From positions 14,153 to 78,152 of the forward strand of contig CAKOXX010000004.1 in the NCBI GenBank assembly GCA_934130405.1: a stretch of DNA of 64,000 nucleotides. The letters are read 5' to 3'. A program made the translations under genes and the position numbers. The notes beneath the pieces are model-generated. The model had not been told where the DNA came from, did not search any database, and worked only from the letters and a program-made list of their open reading frames with translations. This DNA comes from an uncultured Bacilli bacterium. GTDB taxonomy: Bacteria; Bacillota_I; Bacilli_A; RF39; UBA660. Each line of letters opens with the position of its first letter. Positions within the stretch are counted from its first letter, which is position 1. Of this stretch, positions 58,222-64,000 are shown piece after piece.

Positions 58222-59472
58222 TTACTTTTCCTTCTTTTTATCTTTGTTTAAGTTTCGATATAAGTTGTATGGTAATTGATTGATAACAAAATCAAATTCT
58301 CCAACATACTCACTAATGATTGGATTGAAACCAAGTTTCATTTCATTTAAACCAGAATATTCTGTTATATGTTCAAAATCTCCACTTACAGCATTAAAAT
58401 TAATATATTTTAAATTCATCTTTTTATAGGTAGAAATTAATTCCCATTTCATAAGATAACTTGGATTTAAAGATTTGAATTTAGAATTTAGACCTTCAAT
58501 GATTAAAAAAGCAGAACGGTCATATCTTAATACAAGAGATGATGCAATTAAAATACCGTTTGGATTTTCTTTTAATAAATTAGTAGCCCATACCAAATTT
58601 TTCTTATAAGTATTTATTAGTTTATCTGACTCGATTTTTTCGTTTATTAATTTCTTTCTGGTATTAGCATTCTTTGCTTGTTGAATCTTATAAGCAAGAT
58701 TATCATTTATTTCCATTTCTCTTTCATATAATTTTTTACTATTGATAACGAAAGTTTCCGTATTTAATTTAGCAAAGTATAAATCAATATCACCCTTAAA
58801 ATTTTTATAAAATTCTTGATAATATTCAATTGGCCTTGAATATTTTTTCTTAACAAAATCGTAAAAGAGAGGAAGATTTTGTTCGTTACCTTTAATAATT
58901 TCCACACCACTACGCATTGCTTTTTTAATTTTATAACGAACACGTTTTTCGAAAGTATTATAGATAGCATCAATATCTTTATTAAGAGAGATGACAGCTT
59001 CAAATCTTGGCTTTTCTGTTTCAAAGAAAAGCGTAGGTCCATGATATTCCCAGTGACTAGCTTTTAAATTTTCTACGATAATGTTTGATTCTGGATTAAT
59101 GTTTAATATTTTTCCGTTAGCATTGTGTAGTGCTACAGGAACAACGGGATCAATTTTTAATAACATAAATCCTTGTTTTGCTAGAAGCTTTTTTAATCTT
59201 TCTGTAAATTCTTTTAATAAAGCGCCATTACTATAATCAAATAATAACCCTCTAGGGGCATAGGCGATTTTGTAGTTCATAAAGACTTCTTTATAGAGTA
59301 ATAAAGATGCTCCAATAAGATTTTCCATCTCGTCAATAATACCAAGATAGTGTATATCATAGCCAAATTTTTTCATAATTTTGCCATATGAACTAGATTG
59401 ATAATAACTACGATACTTATGTTTTTGTGCATATTTATCAAATTCTTTTTCTTCTAGTGTGATTATTTTCAT
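58222..59472 (-). CDS. FemAB-family peptidoglycan interpeptide-bridge aminoacyltransferase
   Basis: 416 aa. Two GNAT-like lobes with a central coiled-coil insert, and a FemX/MurM-like N-terminus (FLQSSSYGK-type: YYQSSSYGK). Confidence 0.78.
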   Translation of the reverse strand: MKIITLEEKEFDKYAQKHKYRSYYQSSSYGKIMKKFGYDIHYLGIIDEMENLIGASLLLYKEVFMNYKIAYAPRGLLFDYSNGALLKEFTERLKKLLAKQGFMLLKIDPVVPVALHNANGKILNINPESNIIVENLKASHWEYHGPTLFFETEKPRFEAVISLNKDIDAIYNTFEKRVRYKIKKAMRSGVEIIKGNEQNLPLFYDFVKKKYSRPIEYYQEFYKNFKGDIDLYFAKLNTETFVINSKKLYEREMEINDNLAYKIQQAKNANTRKKLINEKIESDKLINTYKKNLVWATNLLKENPNGILIASSLVLRYDRSAFLIIEGLNSKFKSLNPSYLMKWELISTYKKMNLKYINFNAVSGDFEHITEYSGLNEMKLGFNPIISEYVGEFDFVINQLPYNLYRNLNKDKKKEK

Positions 59473-59581
59473 GGAATTCCTCCTTAATCCCTTATATTAT
59501 ATCAGTCATTTGTTTAATTTTCAATGAAAGGGGGTTCAAAGATTTGTAAAATTTAGTATAATGTAAGGAGGAGGGAACAAT

Positions 59582-60934
59582 ATGTTTGAAAATAAAAAAA
59601 TATTAGTTCTTGGTATGGCAAGAAGTGGTTATGAAGCAGCAAAGTACTTAGTTAAACGTGGTAATACAGTTATCTTAAATGATGGTGGAAGTGCTGAAAA
59701 ACAAAAAAAAGAACAAATCGAAGAATTAGAAAAATTAGGTGTCACTTTAATATTTGGAAGTCATCCAGATGATTTGTTAGATGACACATTTGATTATTTA
59801 ATAAAGAATCCTGGAATTCCAATTGATCATAAATATGTTTTAAAAGCTCGTGAGCTCAATATAGAAGTTATTAATGAAGCAGAAATGGCTTATCGATTAT
59901 TGCCAGATGACGTTACATTAATTGGAATAACTGGTACTAATGGAAAAACAACTACAACAACTTTAACTTATGAAATGATAAAAGCTAGTGGTAAACCTGT
60001 TCATTTAGCAGGAAATATTGGTTATCCATTAATCAGTTTTTTAGATAAATTAGAAGCAAATGACATTATAGTAATGGAAGTTTCTTGTCAACAATTAGAA
60101 AATATGAGTGAATTTAAACCACATATCGCTTTGATGACTAATCTTAGTGTAGCACATATAGACTTTTTAAAAAGTTATGAGAACTATAAAAGAGTAAAAC
60201 TTAAATTATTTAAAAATCAAACGCAAGATGATATAGCTATACTAAATATTGAAAATGAAGAAGTAATGACAGGAACCAAAGACGTAAAAGCAGTAACTAA
60301 ATATTTTTCTAGTAAACGTGAAATAAATGGGGCTTATTATAAAGATGGTGCATTATGGTATTATGGTGAGAAAATATTAGATAGGGATAAGTTCTTGTTA
60401 GCTGGTATGCATAATGTTGAAAATGCTTTAGGAGCAATGATGATTGCTAAAGAAGTAGGCGTAGATAATGAGTCTATTGTGAAAGTATTAACTACCTTTA
60501 AAGGAGTTGCTCATCGTTTGGAATTTGTTGATGAAATAGCAGGAGTAAAATATTATAATGATACAGAAGCTACTAATACAAAGTGTACACAAATTGCTTT
60601 AAATTCATTTAATTGTGATACAATTCTTATTTTGGGAGGTTTAGAAAGAGGACAAGACTTTCATGACTTAGATAATTATATTAAAAATGTTAGAACAATA
60701 GTAGGAATAGGTCAATGTCGTGATAGAGTTAAGACTTATGGTGAAGAATTAAATATAAATACAGAAATTTTTGAAACTTTAAGCGAAGCAATGAAGTATA
60801 TAGAAACAATTGCTAGAAGTGGTGAAGTTGTATTATTAAGTCCTGCTTCAGCTTCTTGGGATCAATATAAACAATGCGAAGATCGTGGAGATGAATTTAA
60901 AGAAATAGTCAAAAAAATTAGAGAAAAATTATAG
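59582..60934 (+). CDS. murD: UDP-N-acetylmuramoylalanine--D-glutamate ligase
   Basis: GMARSG Rossmann N-terminus, GITGTNGKTTTT P-loop, Mur-ligase C-terminal domain. Confidence 0.94.
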   Translation: MFENKKILVLGMARSGYEAAKYLVKRGNTVILNDGGSAEKQKKEQIEELEKLGVTLIFGSHPDDLLDDTFDYLIKNPGIPIDHKYVLKARELNIEVINEAEMAYRLLPDDVTLIGITGTNGKTTTTTLTYEMIKASGKPVHLAGNIGYPLISFLDKLEANDIIVMEVSCQQLENMSEFKPHIALMTNLSVAHIDFLKSYENYKRVKLKLFKNQTQDDIAILNIENEEVMTGTKDVKAVTKYFSSKREINGAYYKDGALWYYGEKILDRDKFLLAGMHNVENALGAMMIAKEVGVDNESIVKVLTTFKGVAHRLEFVDEIAGVKYYNDTEATNTKCTQIALNSFNCDTILILGGLERGQDFHDLDNYIKNVRTIVGIGQCRDRVKTYGEELNINTEIFETLSEAMKYIETIARSGEVVLLSPASASWDQYKQCEDRGDEFKEIVKKIREKL

Positions 60935-61026
60935 TCTTAATAATAAATTTATTTAAAAATGTGATATAATCTTAGTGAACTGTGTCAATAAATTAACTTT
61001 GATTCAGTAAGACTAGAAATTATTAA

Positions 61027-62295
<1,269 letters not shown>

Positions 62296-62307
62296 TTATA
62301 ATTTAAG

Positions 62308-62348
62308 AGAAATGCTTGAGGATAAGTATCTTGCATTTCTTTTTTTTA
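62308..62348 (+). terminator. Rho-independent terminator after eno
   Basis: AGAAATGC...GCATTTCT stem followed by T8. Confidence 0.75.
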
Positions 62349-62388
62349 TATGATAGTATATTGTTGTTTATTTATGGAGGTGTAATTT

Positions 62389-62604
62389 ATGAAAATTGCA
62401 TTAGTTATAGTATCAATTTTGTTAATTATAATCGTTTTATTACAGAGCAGTAAAGCTGAAGGTGGAGCTCAAATCTTATCAGGCAATACTACTGATTTAT
62501 TTAAAAATCGTAAAGAAAGAGGAGCAGAATTAGTTGTTACTAGAATTACTATGCTTTTAGGATTAGCTTTCTTTATTATTTGTTTAGTAGAATCCTTTAT
62601 TTAA
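62389..62604 (+). CDS. secG: Preprotein translocase subunit SecG
   Basis: 71 aa, two TM helices. LLQSSKAEGG loop is typical of SecG. Confidence 0.85.
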   Translation: MKIALVIVSILLIIIVLLQSSKAEGGAQILSGNTTDLFKNRKERGAELVVTRITMLLGLAFFIICLVESFI

Positions 62605-62692
62605 CAATTGACAAAGTAAGTAACTTATGGTATTTTACAAGTAGGCACTGATTAGGTGTTTTTCTTTTGATGAAAAGAAGGGAAGATAAAAA

Positions 62693-62947
62693 ATGGCAAA
62701 GAATGAAAAAAACTTAGAAGTAAAAGAGAAAACTGCTAAGAAAAAAGAAGAAAAAAAAGAAGGATTATGGACTAGAATCGTTTTATTCTTTAAAGGAGTA
62801 AAATCTGAGTGGAAGAGAGTAAAGTGGCCTACTAAAAAAGAAATGGTAAAATATTCAGTAGCTACTATTGTACTTATCATGGGATGTTCAGTATTTTTCT
62901 ATTTAATTGATATTTTATTAGCATTTTTACACAGTTTAGGTAAATAG
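62693..62947 (+). CDS. secE: Preprotein translocase subunit SecE
   Basis: K/E-rich N-terminus, then the EWKRVKWPTKKE motif and a single TM helix. Immediately upstream of nusG. Confidence 0.87.
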   Translation: MAKNEKNLEVKEKTAKKKEEKKEGLWTRIVLFFKGVKSEWKRVKWPTKKEMVKYSVATIVLIMGCSVFFYLIDILLAFLHSLGK

Positions 62948-62961
62948 AGGAGGGTTAAATA

Positions 62962-63495
62962 ATGGAAAAAGAATGGTTTGTAGTTAATACTTATTCTGGA
63001 CACGAAAACAAAGTTAAAGAAAAATTATTAATGCGTGCTGAATCTATGGGAATGCAAGATTATATTTTTCGTGTTATTGTACCAGAACAAGAAGAAACAG
63101 AAATAAAAGATGGTGTTACTAAGAAAAGAATTAAAAAGTTATTTCCAGGTTATATATTAGTAGAAATGATTATGACAGATGAAGCTTGGTATGTTGTTCG
63201 TAATACTCCAGGTGTTACAGGATTTATTGGTTCGAGTGGAAAAGGAGCAAAACCAACTCCATTACCACCTCAAGAAGTAGATAATGTTTTAAAAGTTATG
63301 GGAATGTCTCGTATTGATGTTGATAAGGAATTATCTATTGGTACAAAAGTAAAGATTATTGGTGGACCATTTACAGGTATGTTTGGTACTATTGAAGAAA
63401 TTGATAATGATAATCAAAAATTTGTTTTAAATGTAGATTTATTTGGACAAGAAACTCAAGTAGAAGTTGATTTTGAACAAATTTCCAAGGCTTAA
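62962..63495 (+). CDS. nusG: Transcription termination/antitermination factor NusG
   Basis: WFVVNTYSGHENKV NGN domain and a C-terminal KOW domain (KVKIIGGPFTG). Confidence 0.96.
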   Translation: MEKEWFVVNTYSGHENKVKEKLLMRAESMGMQDYIFRVIVPEQEETEIKDGVTKKRIKKLFPGYILVEMIMTDEAWYVVRNTPGVTGFIGSSGKGAKPTPLPPQEVDNVLKVMGMSRIDVDKELSIGTKVKIIGGPFTGMFGTIEEIDNDNQKFVLNVDLFGQETQVEVDFEQISKA

Positions 63496-63497
63496 TT

Positions 63498-64000
63498 ATG
63501 CAAACACTAGATGAGAAAATAAGAATTTCAAAGTTATTATATAAGGAAGCGCTTAAAGATGGCAAACTTAGTGACGTAGAAAAAGAGTTTATATTAAATA
63601 TCACTTATCAACAATTTGCCGTCATGGAAGAAAATATGGATTTAGCAACTTACAAAGAATTTTATAGTCAGTATGCTATTATAAAAGATAATCTTTTTGT
63701 AGATACAACTTTGTATGAAAATTGGTTGTTTTCCTCAGAATTTTATGCTAATAAACTATTTGAAGAAGTAGTTGAAGGTAAGTCTTATATAAAAATAACT
63801 AAAGATAATGATGATATTGGAAATTTTTTTCAGTTATATCAACTTAGAAGTGAAATATTATCATTTTATACTAATTTGATAAATTGTTCATCTAGTATGA
63901 ATGGTAAATTTCAGATTGATTATATGTTAGCTACAACACCTGGTGCTAGAGTTGAAACTGTTTTTGATTCTAAAAAAGCAGCTAATGTAATTAAAGAAAG
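63498..64000 (+). CDS. Protein of unknown function, 3'-truncated by the window edge (not in the ORF track)
   Basis: ATG lies 2 nt after the nusG stop. I translated 167 codons to the window end without meeting a stop (MQTLDEKIRISKLLYKEALKDGKLSDVEKEF...). No motif recognised. Confidence 0.5.
   Translation, partial: MQTLDEKIRISKLLYKEALKDGKLSDVEKEFILNITYQQFAVMEENMDLATYKEFYSQYAIIKDNLFVDTTLYENWLFSSEFYANKLFEEVVEGKSYIKITKDNDDIGNFFQLYQLRSEILSFYTNLINCSSSMNGKFQIDYMLATTPGARVETVFDSKKAANVIKE

Overview
AT-rich (about 30% G+C by eye), densely coding window from a low-GC Firmicute. TGA is used as a stop (for example at the end of mnmG), so the standard bacterial code applies, not the Mollicutes code. I support 71 protein-coding genes, 63 of them on the + strand. 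I saw no rRNA or tRNA genes, CRISPR arrays, transposases or phage genes. The content is mostly core and origin-proximal, made of blocks that are collinear with Bacillus subtilis neighbourhoods as I recall them. These blocks are: mnmG-rsmG-noc-soj-spo0J, DUF951, ychF-rpsF-ssb-rpsR-(gdpP position)-rplI-dnaB, yycJ-rlmH; prfA-prmC-spoIIR-mntP, rpmE-rpiB; murA, M23 (SpoIIQ position)-mreB/mbl; cysS-mrnC-rlmB-sigH-like; uvrA-yvlD-lgt-trxB-yvcK-whiA; rpsL-rpsG-fusA-tuf; and secE-nusG. The one clearly accessory module is an agr-type quorum-sensing system at 32.2-35.3 kb. It comprises a LytTR response regulator and an AgrC-like kinase, convergent with AgrB and a 39-aa AgrD propeptide that the ORF track misses. 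A 21-bp-phased LytTR-type direct repeat sits just upstream of an activator-type promoter for the adjacent cold-shock gene. Other notable points: a tight cluster of DnaA-box-like 9-mers between rpmE and rpiB; a Noc paralog with a ~235-residue disordered insert; three apparent pseudoenzymes (M23, YugP-like, SGNH); a natural substitution at the streptomycin-associated proline of S12; and a sigma-H-like factor followed by a tail-anchored protein of unknown function. All functional calls rest on by-eye motif and synteny recognition. No database search was run.
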